DNA of 63,760 nucleotides, the filler included, from Octopus bimaculoides (Eukaryota): NCBI RefSeq assembly GCF_001194135.2. It is 5 parts of 5 records of this genome, joined end to end, with 100 filler letters (N's around TTAATTAATTAA, not from the genome) between each part and the next. Parts side by side here need not be neighbours in the genome. Positions count along the whole stretch, not along the records: positions 35,373 to 53,613 come from NC_068985.1; 4 more parts are not named here. One strand, 5' to 3'. A program made the translations under genes and the position numbers. A model generated the notes under the pieces. The model made no database searches. It was given only the letters and a program-made list of their open reading frames with translations, and had not been told where the DNA came from. Positions 38,354 to 50,212 of the stretch are shown piece by piece. Each line of letters opens with the position of its first letter. The stretch's first letter is position 1.

Positions 38354-38899
38354 TTATATTTTATGATGAAATGATGAATTTTTTTCATTACGAAAATTTT
38401 TCGTTATTTTTTCATTTTGAGGTTTTTTCACGCTGACTACTTGATAAATTCTTATAAAGAATTTATCCTATATTATATTAGATATATACACACATTTGTA
38501 TCTAGTTATATATATAAACATGATACTTAATATTATATCAATCCATTATTTACTCAAAATTGTAATTATAGTTTTTTCTTTATCATGACTTATATGATTA
38601 CATTGTTGTTTACTTAAACTATGTAATCTCATAATAATTTGTATGTGTGTATAGTTATTTAGTTAAAAGGGATAAAACTATAGAATAGATTTGTTTACTA
38701 TGACTTAATGATATATATGTACCTGCAGAACATAGTTATAGACTGAATAGCACATGTATCTCTATAGTAATATCATTATACATAAATGGACATATCACAA
38801 TATATAGAAATAAGTAGGTCTGAACGAACATACCCAATAAAGTTACACTGTCGGGTTATTTTTCTTTTGTTGTGTGTATACTCTAATGAATAGATCATC

Positions 38900-39230
38900 A
38901 TTATCATCATCATGATTTAACATCTGTTTTCCATGCTGGTATGGGTTGGATGGCTTGACAGGAACTGATAAGGCCAGGGGCTGCACCAGGTTCCATAATC
39001 TGTTTTGGTCTGATTTGTATGGCAGGATGCCCTTCCTAACACCAACCCCTCCACAGAGTGTACTGGATGCTTTTTATGTGACACCTTTTACGTGAAACCT
39101 TGGATTTTGTATCTCAATTCTGTTGTGATGGATGAGGCTTCTCAAATACAGCAATGTGCCACATATTTTGATCCTCTGTCATCTCCTTTGTAAGGTTCAC
39201 TGTTTTGAAATCAGGCCGCTGGTTTTGCTC
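38900..39230 (-). mobile_element. RTE-type LINE 3' end or RTE-derived SINE with (GAT)n tail
   Basis: Reverse-strand homolog of 60600-60840 (gatgcccttcctaac...aacc). Confidence 0.65.
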
Positions 39231-39563
39231 ACTTCATAGTGTGAGGTCAAATCAAGATTTACCAGCACACATTCTTATACATACATATTCTTTTATTTTT
39301 CACAAATGTACATACATATATGTTTACCTCCATATACATATCTATATAATTGGAAAATGATTGGTAGAGTTGCATCTAGAGGGACACATTCATGAGAGCA
39401 AAATATGAGGGTACGTTTAGATAGATATGTGTATGTATACACATATATATGTACATTAGTGCAACATAAAAGAATATGTATGTATAAGAATGTGTACAAG
39501 GAAATCTTGATTTAACCTCATGCTATGAAGTGATCAGAATCATCATTAGTATGTATGTGCGCA

Positions 39564-39594
<31 letters not shown>

Positions 39595-39599
39595 CTTGA

Positions 39600-39842
39600 T
39601 TTAATAGCATCTCTTAATGACTGATAAAGCAACTGTGACTTGTCAAAATTAAGTTTATAAGCAGACAAATCCCAGTACGCAGGCAGAAAGGTTGCTGTTG
39701 TAACAAACTGATCATGCAACAATGATTTCTTTTGAAGTAGAACACTCGCAAATGCAAGAGATAAAAAATTCTTCCAGTCTAAATTTGCAACATTAATCTT
39801 AGGGTGTTCATCTATCTTTATAAAAGTCGAGACTAAAATGGA
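39600..39842 (-). CDS. Candidate exon (SILVSTFIKIDEHPKINVANLDWKNFLSLAFASVLLQKK...)
   Basis: ctcttattcag acceptor in phase 0 with the open frame of ORF 39546..39923, compatible with the 40050-40105 exon. The donor and true end were not identified. Confidence 0.35.
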
Positions 39843-40049
39843 CTGAATAAGAGGTTTGCTTATTTTATATTTTATTTTTTTACTTTTTATTTCCATCAGT
39901 TTATTTTTGGTATTTTTTATCATTTGTATATCTTTGTTTTTGTGTATTGCTCTTTGCTAATCAAATGCTAAAAATAGAATATGAGTATAAAACAAAGGAA
40001 AACTATAGGTGATCCAGCAGTAAAATATGCATATACACCTATTACTTAC

Positions 40050-40105
40050 TTTTCTATCTTTGATCACATTCTTTACATTGTAACTTTCAGTGCTGGCTCT
40101 AAATT
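40050..40105 (-). CDS. Candidate internal exon (xFRASTESYNVKNVIKDRK)
   Basis: tttttag acceptor and perfect AAA|gtaagt donor, one open frame ending in phase 0. Confidence 0.45.
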
Positions 40106-40529
40106 CTAAAAACAATCTGTAGAGATAACTTAAAAGTGATTACAAACACAAAAAGTAGGACAGAATATTGACTTATAAATCTTTAATATACTTGGTAGTA
40201 TATTATGTTTGCAAAATGAAATACTGTGCTCATTTTGTGTGTTTGTGTGTGTGTGTTTGTGTACATACATATGCCACAGCCATTGAAAAATTCACAATAT
40301 TTGGATGAACATGCACCATAAAAAGTCATTTCACCTGTGTAACAGGAAATTTAATTTATGTTATCAAATATGGTGAGGTGTGGTGAAGACTACAGAAGAC
40401 AAACAGATTTAACTCTGAGGGATAGAATAACGGTACAAAGGTAACCATGATCAGGAAAATACCCATAAGAAAACTTCTAGATCTAAGCCCATGAACAAAT
40501 ATCCCAAATACCAAATTTTCCCTCTATAT

Positions 40530-42504
40530 CAGTGTCTACTAAACTGTGTGCTGTGGCACAGTGGTGTGCCGTGAAAATTATTTTCAAGATTTTCAGGAAA
40601 CAACGATCAAAGAACATTCACATAATCCGAGCATAGATATATTAATTACATGAATCATAAAATACGGTAAATATAAATTGATTACATTACATGATGAACA
40701 GCAGATTTGCTACAATATATTACATTTTTGCATTTAAACCAGGATTGTCTGTAAGTAAATTGTTTAGTAATCCTAGTAGTTTTTAATTTTTGATTTATTT
40801 ATAATTTACATAAATTATTTTATGTTAATTTTAACCGATTTTTAGTTTTAGATTTAAACATGAACAAATATTTTTTGAGACCTCAGAAAAATGAGAAAGA
40901 GAGTCATAGCAAACAAGACAAACACCAGAATAAAAAGTCCACCTCGTCAAAATGAAAATATAATGAAAATTACATCCAATATGATTTTATATTATCAGTA
41001 AAAGACAACTCAGTTCCTTTTTGTATGATTTGTTTAACAACACTCTCAAATGAAGTGATAGTTCCCAGGAAACTTCAATGTCATTTAATAACAAAATCAT
41101 CTGCAACATAAGAACAAAAGAATAATTTGAGATGCTAAAAATAATTTTAAAATTCAATTGAAAAGGCTAATGAAATTTCACTCAATTCTCGAGAAAGCTC
41201 TGGTCGCTAATTACAAGATTGCCCAGCTTTTGGTAAAGAAGAAAAAATCTACATTCTGATGCTGAAAACATTTTTTTACCAACTATGGAGATTGCCATTG
41301 GCACAATGATTAGTGTTGAAGCTGTCAAACAAATTAAGACCATTGTCTATCCACATGATTTCTCATAAAATTCAAGACATTTCGCAAGACATTGAAGATC
41401 AGCTCCGCAAACATTTCTCTAAAGCAAAAAATGAACTCGCAAACTTGTGGGCCTTACAAATCAATGGAAGTACAGACACCAGCAACAAAGCTCAACTAAT
41501 ACTAGCGTTTGCACTGCTGGCACCCTATCTATGCAGGGTAAAAAAAAAAGGTTTTGTGGCTCATGTATTACCAAAAAATTCACAAGTTAAAATTATACAT
41601 TGCATGATTCACTATAAAGTTTTGGTGTCAAAATCTCTACCTGATGGTCTCCTAAAGACAATGAACAACGTTGTTAAAGTGGTGAATTATATAAAATCAC
41701 ATTCTCTACGGTGCAGACATTTTGCATAGATTCTGATTTTAAGTGTTTACTGCTTCATACAGTAGTGTGATGGCTCTCGAAAGGAAAAGTGCTCTCTTGA
41801 TTTATCTCTTTGCAAACTGAAATAACATGTTTCTTCAATGCTGAAAATTCTGGATTTGAATTTTTTTGATGATGATAATTGTTGGCTGGAAGTAGCATTT
41901 ATAAACAATCTTTTTGAGAACATTTTTAATTTGAGTCTGCAAGAAGCGAAAGAAAATATTATTACAATTATAGGCAAATTAAGGTCTTTCATGAACAAGT
42001 TAAAACTGTGGATAAGGAAAGTTAAAAACTCGCAGCTTGATTACTTCCCAGGCATAGATGCTTTTCCAAACAAATTAAAAATTTTGTCAGAAGTACAGAA
42101 GACAGTACAAAACCTCTCTGTATCATTTTCTAAGTATTTTCCATCAATCGTTTCACAAGATATGACAGTACACACCTGCCATTAACATTAACAGAAGAAG
42201 AAAATTTAATAGACTTTAAAAAACGATCCTGTGCACAAAGCCTTATTTTCTGTGCTAGAATTGTCAAAATTTGAATTTCGCTTTGGAACCAGTATCCTTG
42301 ATTAGCTACTACAGCCATTAAATTTCTGTTGCCCTTTAGATCATCATATCTTTGTGAATTAAGTATCTCTGCGCTTATGGAAATGAAGTAAAAAAAAAAC
42401 AGGAATGATTGCAGATGGTAGATGAGTTACGTATTTGTTTATCTAATTTAGAGCTGCATTTTGACAAAATTATTTCTCAAAATCAATTGCATCCTTCTCA
42501 TTAA
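40530..42504 (+). mobile_element. hAT (Buster/Charlie, ZBED8/SCAND3-like) transposon, decayed
   Basis: 5' end cagtgtctactaaactgtgtg. Motifs ALQINGSTD, HCMIHYKVLVSK, VVKVVNYIK, WLSKGKV and LLPFRSSYLCELSISAL, with many stops and frameshifts. Confidence 0.9.
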
Positions 42505-43190
42505 AACATTGTTATTGTGTTATATTACCCATATATATATATATATATATANNNNNNNNNNNNNNNNNNNNNNNNNNNNNNNNNNNNNNNNNNNNNNNNN
42601 NNNNNNNNNNNNNNNNNNNNNNNNNNNNNNNNNNNNNNNNNNNNNNNNNNNNNNNNNNNNNNNNNNNNNNNNNNNNNNNNNNNNNNNNNNNNNNNNNNNN
42701 NNNNNNNNNNNNNNNNNNNNNNNNNNNNNNNNNNNNNNNNNNNNNNNNNNNNNNNNNNNNNNNNNNNNNNNNNNNNNNNNNNNNNNNNNNNNNNNNNNNN
42801 NNNNNNNNNNNNNNNNNNNNNNNNNNNNNNNNNNNNNNNNNNNNNNNNNNNNNNNNNNNNNNNNNNNNNNNNNNNNNNNNNNNNNNNNNNNNNNNNNNNN
42901 NNNNNNNNNNNNNNNNNNNNNNNNNNNNNNNNNNNNNNNNNNNNNNNNNNNNNNNNNNNNNNNNNNNNNNNNNNNNNNNNNNNNNNNNNNNNNNNNNNNN
43001 NNNNNNNNNNNNNNNNNNNNNNNNNNNNNNNNNNNNNNNNNNNNNNNNNNNNNNNNNNNNNNNNNNNNNNNNNNNNNNNNNNNNNNNNNNNNNNNNNNNN
43101 NNNNNNNNNNNNNNNNNNNNNNNNNNNNNNNNNNNNNNNNNNNNNNNNNNNNNNNNNNNNNNNNNNNNNNNNNNNNNNNNNNNNNNNNNN

Positions 43191-45458
43191 GAACTAGTCC
43201 CTGTGCATGCGTGGATAAAACTCCGGAAATTGAACATATAACAGTCGTCTGCTATTTAAGGCGTCACTACATGGCTCCCCCGCAAGTGCCGAAAGCACGA
43301 AAATAGAAAATTTGGAGGGACGCCTGAGGCAAGATGGCCACCGAAACCACCCACCAAATGTGGCACAAACACACACAAAGAAAAATCAAAGAAATGGATG
43401 TACACTTGTGAGATACATGCATGCAATGTACAAATGAATTGACAATGACAAAACAACCGTGATGACAACTGTCCAGGAAACTGAAATCACGCAATGTAAA
43501 AGTCTGATTTTTTGGTTTTTTCTGAAAGGAAAGAAAATATATGAGTGCACAAGTGTGTGTGTGAGAGAGAACACAGAACATAGTAAAAGTGTCTGTAGTA
43601 CAGACTGTGAAAAGTCTTAAAACACTGAGATGGAGAAAACCAGTTCGTATTAAAATTCCACAAGGAGATAGAATGTCCACACGCAGGAAGTTGCAGTCAA
43701 GGAGCAGAGCTGTAGTTGAACGTCGATGCTGGCTGGGACCTGTGTTACCAGGTACGGAATATTCTGGCTGGTTAGTTCTGGTTAGTTCTGTTGATGTTGG
43801 TGTTGCTGGCGACGACAATGTGGTAGACGTAGTTGAACGATGCTGTTGATGTTGTCGCTGGAACTGGCTGGTTGGTTGGCATGTGGTGGTAATGATGTTG
43901 ACAGTGGTGTGTGTGGTGGTAATGATGTCATGTTGACGCTGTTGGGGACGCTGGTAGTCGTAGTTGATGGTGCTGCTGCTGTGTATAGGACGAATAATAC
44001 ATTTGTGGCAACACAGCCATATTGTTCGAATTATTGCTGTTGTTGTTCAACTGCAGCTTTTGCATTAACTGCTGTAAGTGCTGCTGTTGTTGCTGCAGTT
44101 GTTGGTGATGGTGATGATGTTGATAGGCTCTCTTTGTTGTACCTGCCATGGATTGTAACTGTGCATTTTTACTGCTATTTTCAGCAAGTAGAGGATGCTG
44201 TGTAAGAATGAATTGACGTCTCGTGAAACATGTAGGAAACTGCTCAAAAAGTTGTTAGGATGAAATAACCGTGAAATTTCTTGTGTGAAAAACCACAAAG
44301 GTCTCAGCCACAAAGAAATCTTTGGTTATAGGCTCTGGAAGTCATTGACAAAATGAAAAACTTTAATGTAGAAACATTTTCTTAGCTTTTCACTTGTGAT
44401 GGATGAGAATGTAGAGGCAATCCTGAAGTTGAACGTCACGAAACATACGAATTCAATGGCTGTTGAAAATGAGGTCTGTAGATCTTTTAGCTCGGGGTAC
44501 CAATTGTAGTATTATTGGTCGCAGTTCAGATTTTCGGCTGCAGTTGTTCTTTATTTGGGGTCATCAATTGTAGGGAAGTACCGTGTGATGACCAAGAGAA
44601 AGTCCTGCAGCTGTGGAATAAGCTGNNNNNNNNNNTATTTGGGGTCATCAATTGTAGGGAAGTACCGTGTGATGACCAAGAGAAAGTCCTGCAGCTGTGG
44701 AATAAGCTGATGCGAGTGATTGTGTGCATTCTCTATCTGTGACGAGCATGTTGAGAGACAGTTGACGGCTCGTGTAGTATTATCGGTTGATAGTTCAGAT
44801 TTTCGGCTGCAGTCGTTCTTTATTTGGGGTCACCAATTGTAGGAAATCTCCGGGCTGCGTTTGTTCTTGAGTCGGGTAGCTATTCGAAATGCCGTATTTA
44901 CTTATGTCAGCGGCGGCTCGTGTAGTATTATCGGTCGGTAGATCAGAATCCTCGGCTGCGGTTGTTCTTTATTCGGGGTCACCAATTGTAGANNNNNNNN
45001 NNNNNNNNNNNNNNNNNNNNNNNNNNNNNNNNNNNNNNNNNNNNNNNNNNNNNNNNNNNNNNNNNNNNNNNNNNGTGTATACCCACTTCCGTACATTAAA
45101 TTTCTTGAAGAAACAACGGAACGCAGATTCTGAACTATCAACACAACAATATTTATTTACAGAGGAAATAGGCAGCACTTCGCCCTTTGGTTGCTGAGAC
45201 GCCGACAATGATGTTGAGTGGTTATTTGTCTAGCTCCAGAGTTGGAATGTTGGAAAGAGCTGTCTCCAGAGTTGGAAGGTTGGAGAGAGGCCGGCGAGAA
45301 AGAGAATGAATAAGGGCGCGAAGCTTGGATATCGAATGACCACGCATGCTCATGAGACTCTTCCTGTATTCCTTCCGGAACTAGTCCCTGTGCATGCGTG
45401 GATAAAACTCAGGAAATTGAACATATAACAGTCGTCTGCTATTTAAGACGTCACTACA
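43191..45458 (-). mobile_element. Young LTR element with no recognisable gag/pol in the interior (non-autonomous); 3' LTR runs into the gap
   Basis: 43191-43271 and 45378-45458 are 79/81 identical and start TGTAGTGAC on the minus strand. PBS TGGTGACCCCGA at 44973-44984 follows ...TACA-AT; PPT GCGGGGGAG at 43272-43285. Confidence 0.85.
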
Positions 45459-46149
45459 AATGCATCAAGAACACTTTGGCTGAATTCCAATTAAATAAGG
45501 AAAACATGTTTATTAAAACGTGCTTTATAACAACACACTAGAATGAGAATGGACAGTTTATTCAACCCAGCCAAAATGACTAGAAACAACAAAAATAAAT
45601 CTAAAGTTGAGATAACAGGCTCCCTCCAGGTTTTTAAACACTTACTTCAAACGCTGTACAATTATATATGACACTTTTTCAACAGTATTTACTGATGTTC
45701 AACCAATTAAATTTTATTTTTAGTCAAAGCCATATAAATAAGCAAATGATGCCTTTGAATATTTAGCTGACCAAGACATCAGAAAAACAAGTGAAGTCTT
45801 CAGGGAGTCATCCAACTGGAATGCTAGATCCAAAATAATGATCATTTGAAACACAAATGACATATGCAGAAAATCAACTAACCAGAGCACTGGACTACTA
45901 TTGGACAAAAACAAGGAATCAAAACAGTTGATGAAAAAATGACATCACCAGGAGGTCAACTAACCAGAACGCTGGACTACTGTGACCAGAACATTTGTAA
46001 AACTAATGTCATATTCTGGCAGTCGGCTAACTAGAACACTTAGCCACAGGTAAACAAAGTCAAGTTAATTGAGTTAATAACCAAACAGGATTTGTATCTC
46101 AAAACCTATATACAAAAAATAATTTCAGCATAAAACAGTTCAAGTTCCT

Positions 46150-46830
46150 ACCAGCAAAACCAACAATTCTCTTTTATGTACTGCTACAGAGACATTTGGG
46201 CATGCTTCAACAAGCTTACAGCAACAAAGCAATGGGATGCACACAATGTTTCAAGTGGTATTGGTACTTCAAAAGCAGAAGAACATCCCTTGAAGACAAT
46301 GAGCAATCTAGAAGACCTGCCATGAGCATCACCCCTGGAAATTCATCAGCTTGTGCATGAGGATTGTCGGAGGACAATCAACAACATTCCTGATGTTGTT
46401 GGTCTGTTGTATGGGTCCGTGCAGGCAATCCTAACATCCATGAAGAATTGGATTCTTCAAGATGACAATGTACTCTGTCACTGAGCTCTCCTCACTTGTG
46501 AGTTTCTCACCAAAAACAACATGGTATTGCTTCTGCACCTGCCCTATTCATCATATTTAGCCCCTACAGACTTCTATTTCTTCTGCAAGATGAAAATGCA
46601 GTTCAAAGGTTGCCATTTAAACACCACAGTTGAGATCAAGAGTGAATCACAGAAGGCCCTCAATTCATATATGGAAAACAGCTTCTAAGCTGGATTCCAA
46701 AAGTGGCAGGAACACTAGAACTGGTGTATTACTGTGCAAGGTGATCATTTCGAAGGTGATGATGTTAAAACTTAGGTAAATAAGTTATTTTTTTTATTAA
46801 ACATAACTAGTTCATGAACTTTTTGATACC
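46150..46830 (+). mobile_element. Mariner-type transposon remnant, internally deleted
   Basis: TQCFKWYWYFKSRRTSLEDNEQSRRP HTH, a WILQDDN-like motif and a YS-LAPTDF-like motif. Confidence 0.75.
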
Positions 46831-47719
46831 AAAAATCCTAATAGGAGTAAAAGCAACAATACCAAAGACACATCTACCTGTAGTAGAAAAGAAATACCCT
46901 ACATAAGAATTTACCACCCAGCTGATAAAGATTATACTAATGTAAATATAGGTCTTATGGAAACCATCATTATTCATGCACACAATGGCAGCACTTTGGC
47001 TAACCATCCTTAAGTATGACTAAAAACAAAACAAAAAAAAGGACAAGGAAACATGATGTGACTTGGTATAATCTTCTATATTTGATGTTAGTTTAAATTA
47101 ATATCTCCAAAACATTCTTTAGCATCTTTAAGAAAGATTTTCATTCTCAGCACAAATGCCATAGGATATTTGACATATTCACTGTTACATTATCCTACTT
47201 CGCTACACCAGATTTCACAAATAGAACAGCAACTGCAAACTACTATAACTAAGATCAAAGAACTTGGAAAGAACACGATATAGTAATTAAAAAGAAAATA
47301 AATCAATCTCAAGTACTAGCTATAGGACTTGTCATAGAAATAAAAAAATTGAAGAAGCTAGTAATCAATACTACGCATAAAAATGTTCTGTCTACAGCAG
47401 AAGTAACTAATCTAACACATTTAAATACATCAAACATATTAAATATTACATGCAATCCTCTTGAGACAACCTAACATAACTATACCTTACAAAGATAGAA
47501 CTATTACTACTAATAATAATAGTCTTTTCTATTGTAGGCTTAATGCCTGAAATTTGGGGCGGGGGCTAGTCAATTGCATTCACCTCCGTGCACAGCTTGT
47601 ACATATTTTATCAACCATGAAAGAATGATAGGCAAAATCAACTTCAGTAGTATGTGAACTCAGAGCATAAAGACACTAAGCATTTTGTCAGGTTTGTTAC
47701 TGACATTTAAGATATCAAC

Positions 47720-48110
47720 TACTGGCAGGATCCTGGCTCTCTGAGTACTCATCAAATGCAGGCAGAGTTTTCAGTTTGCAGATTATGGTGACCTCCACAA
47801 GATACTTGATTTAGTGGACGGGTATGTGCTCTGGAGGATCCCAGAGCTACAAACTATACCTCTGTAAATTGTTGGGCTGATAGTGGTCTTGAATACAGGA
47901 ACAGTAGGCACAGTTCAGATAGGGGGCTTGATATATGACTTTTTCTTGGTTACATCTGGGGTCCATCAGGGTTGTGTTTTGGCTCCTACTCAGATTAGTG
48001 TCTGCATGGATTAGTTACTTGGCCAGATGTTGGATTGATCAAGTAATGATGTATTCATTGGTGAAACTAGGATTACTGACCTGGATTTTGCTTATGATAC
48101 AGTTATTCTA
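47720..48110 (+). mobile_element. LINE reverse transcriptase remnant
   Basis: V-SGVHQGCVLAP motif. Confidence 0.6.
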
Positions 48111-48149
48111 AGCCTTAATCACATAAAAAAAATGATACAAATACTTAGG

Positions 48150-50210
48150 TAAGTTAACTAAATATTGGTTCCAAATTTTGGCACAAAGACAGCATCTTGA
48201 GACTATTTTGTCCTATGTCTTCCTGGGCCTTCCTCTTCCACAAGTTCTATCCACTTTAAGCAACCAGTACATCTTTATGCAGTTGTTTTCATCCATATAC
48301 ATAAAACAACTGAATGAACCAGTGGAGTTATCTCTCTGGAATACAAGATTTGATTCTTGTTATGCATAATTTTTCTCTCAAAACTTTGACACTTAGTCTT
48401 ACATGCATGCTGATATTTCACATCCAACAGAGCATTCTAGCTTCATTCCTCTCTACTCTTTGTGGCCTGCAGAAATAATAACCTTCTGAATTGTATCCAT
48501 CCTATTCTTATTCTAACAACTATACTTTCAGAACATCTTCCACTGCTAATTAGGTCACCTGAATATCTGAAACTATCTACTACTTCTTAGGATTCCCCAA
48601 AGTATCCGAGATAATCTATTTCCCATGTCTCCTTTGTCTTTTTGGAACTCATGCATCTTCCACATACAAACACTACTTTCATTGTTAACTGTTCAGTGAT
48701 TCTATTGCACTGCTTATGTGTAAACCATATGGAACTCTTGCCTACACCTTTCTTACATATTGAGCTAGGCCATTTACCTGAAGAGAGTAGAATCCTGTCT
48801 GTTTTTCAGCTTACTGTAACTTTGGTCTTTCCTAAGTTAACTTTAAGGCCTTTGATTCGATTCCAGGTTTTGCTTCCACATCTGGAATTTCTTTCCTGAT
48901 TCTGTTATGGTTTCCACTATGAGAATGAGATCATCAGCATGTAGTAGTTCCCAAAGACAGCCAGTCTTGAATTCATCTGTTATGACCTGGAGGACAATGA
49001 TGAATAGGAGGGGACCTGGTGAACACCTACCTGTACACTAAATTCATCACTGTACTCTTTGCTAAATCCCGTCTTACATACAGCATTACTGTATATGGCT
49101 TGTATAGCTTTCATAAGCCATTCGTCCACCCCTACATTCCTAATTCCTCAGAAACCACATTGTCACAGAGTGACAGACTCTCCAGGTCAATAAACGTCAA
49201 GTACAATGGCTTACTTTTAGCTAGATAGTTGTCTTTCTCTTAGTCTTACTAAGAAGATGGCATCAGTAGTACTCTCTCTATTACAAAGCTAAACTGCATC
49301 TCATCTGGATTAACTTTGTTCCTTATTACTTGAGTTATAACTCTCTCTGTAACTTTTATGACTTGGTCCAGCAACTTGATACCTCAGTAATTATTTCAAT
49401 CTATGGCATTTCTTTTTCCCTTGTAACTATTGACTCTAATGCTCTTACACCAGTCACTTGGTATGGCATTTTCTGATATAACCTGACTATGGGTGACAAG
49501 GCCAAAACCTGCTGCACCAGATATTCCAAGCATCTTAGCAGTGATTCTTGATGAACCAAGGGCTTTCATATCTTTAATTGCCTTATCTATTATACTATTG
49601 TCAATTCAGCTGGTTCCTCTATTGGGAAGACCCTTTTTCTCAGTTATTCTCTATGCTTAATAGTCTTCCATAGTAGCACATCAATGCTTCTTTCTTTTTA
49701 GGATCACTAAGTGCAAGCATACCATAATCCATCCACACATACAGATGTAGAAAAAATTCAAAAGATTCCTCAAAAAGACAGATATGCCAGCCAGAAAAGT
49801 ACAACCAAAAAAGAGCGCTATGTTATAGATGTGGGAGCAACATTTTGATTTTCTCTGATACTCTGTCTTCCAATCCAAAACACTAGAGCATTGGCAGATC
49901 TTTTTGCTTTTCCCTTTTCTATGTAGACCTGTCTCCTTGCTTCTTTTCTGTCTACTTGGTATAATTCTCTACTACCCCCATTCTTCCAATCCTTCCAGGC
50001 ATGTCTCTTTGCTTCTATAACTCCACCTACCACACTTTTTCACCACTATGTTGTTCTTGGTCTGGCCAGGATTTTTCACCACCCATAGCAATTCCTTGTC
50101 TTCTATGTTTCTAACTCCTTTTTGTCAGAATCTTCAATTAGAGTCTCTAAATTTCTTATTGTTTGCTGGGTCTTTAAGTTTCCATATCCCTCTTTTCCAG
50201 ATGAGCCTGT
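48150..50210 (-). mobile_element. RTE-clade LINE, decayed ORF2
   Basis: Minus-strand WELLHADDLIL (YADD motif), VGVHQVP-LFIIVL, FIDLE and GRGRPRKT at the 3' end. Confidence 0.85.
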
Positions 50211-50212
50211 GT

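Noticed and set aside
44552-44709. Exact 74-bp direct repeat either side of a 10-N gap
   Set aside because: Typical unmerged contig overlap. It was counted once when describing the PBS array.
44492-44992. CRISPR array
   Set aside because: Eukaryotic context, 75-bp units, irregular long spacers and no cas genes. The units are LTR-end/PBS modules.
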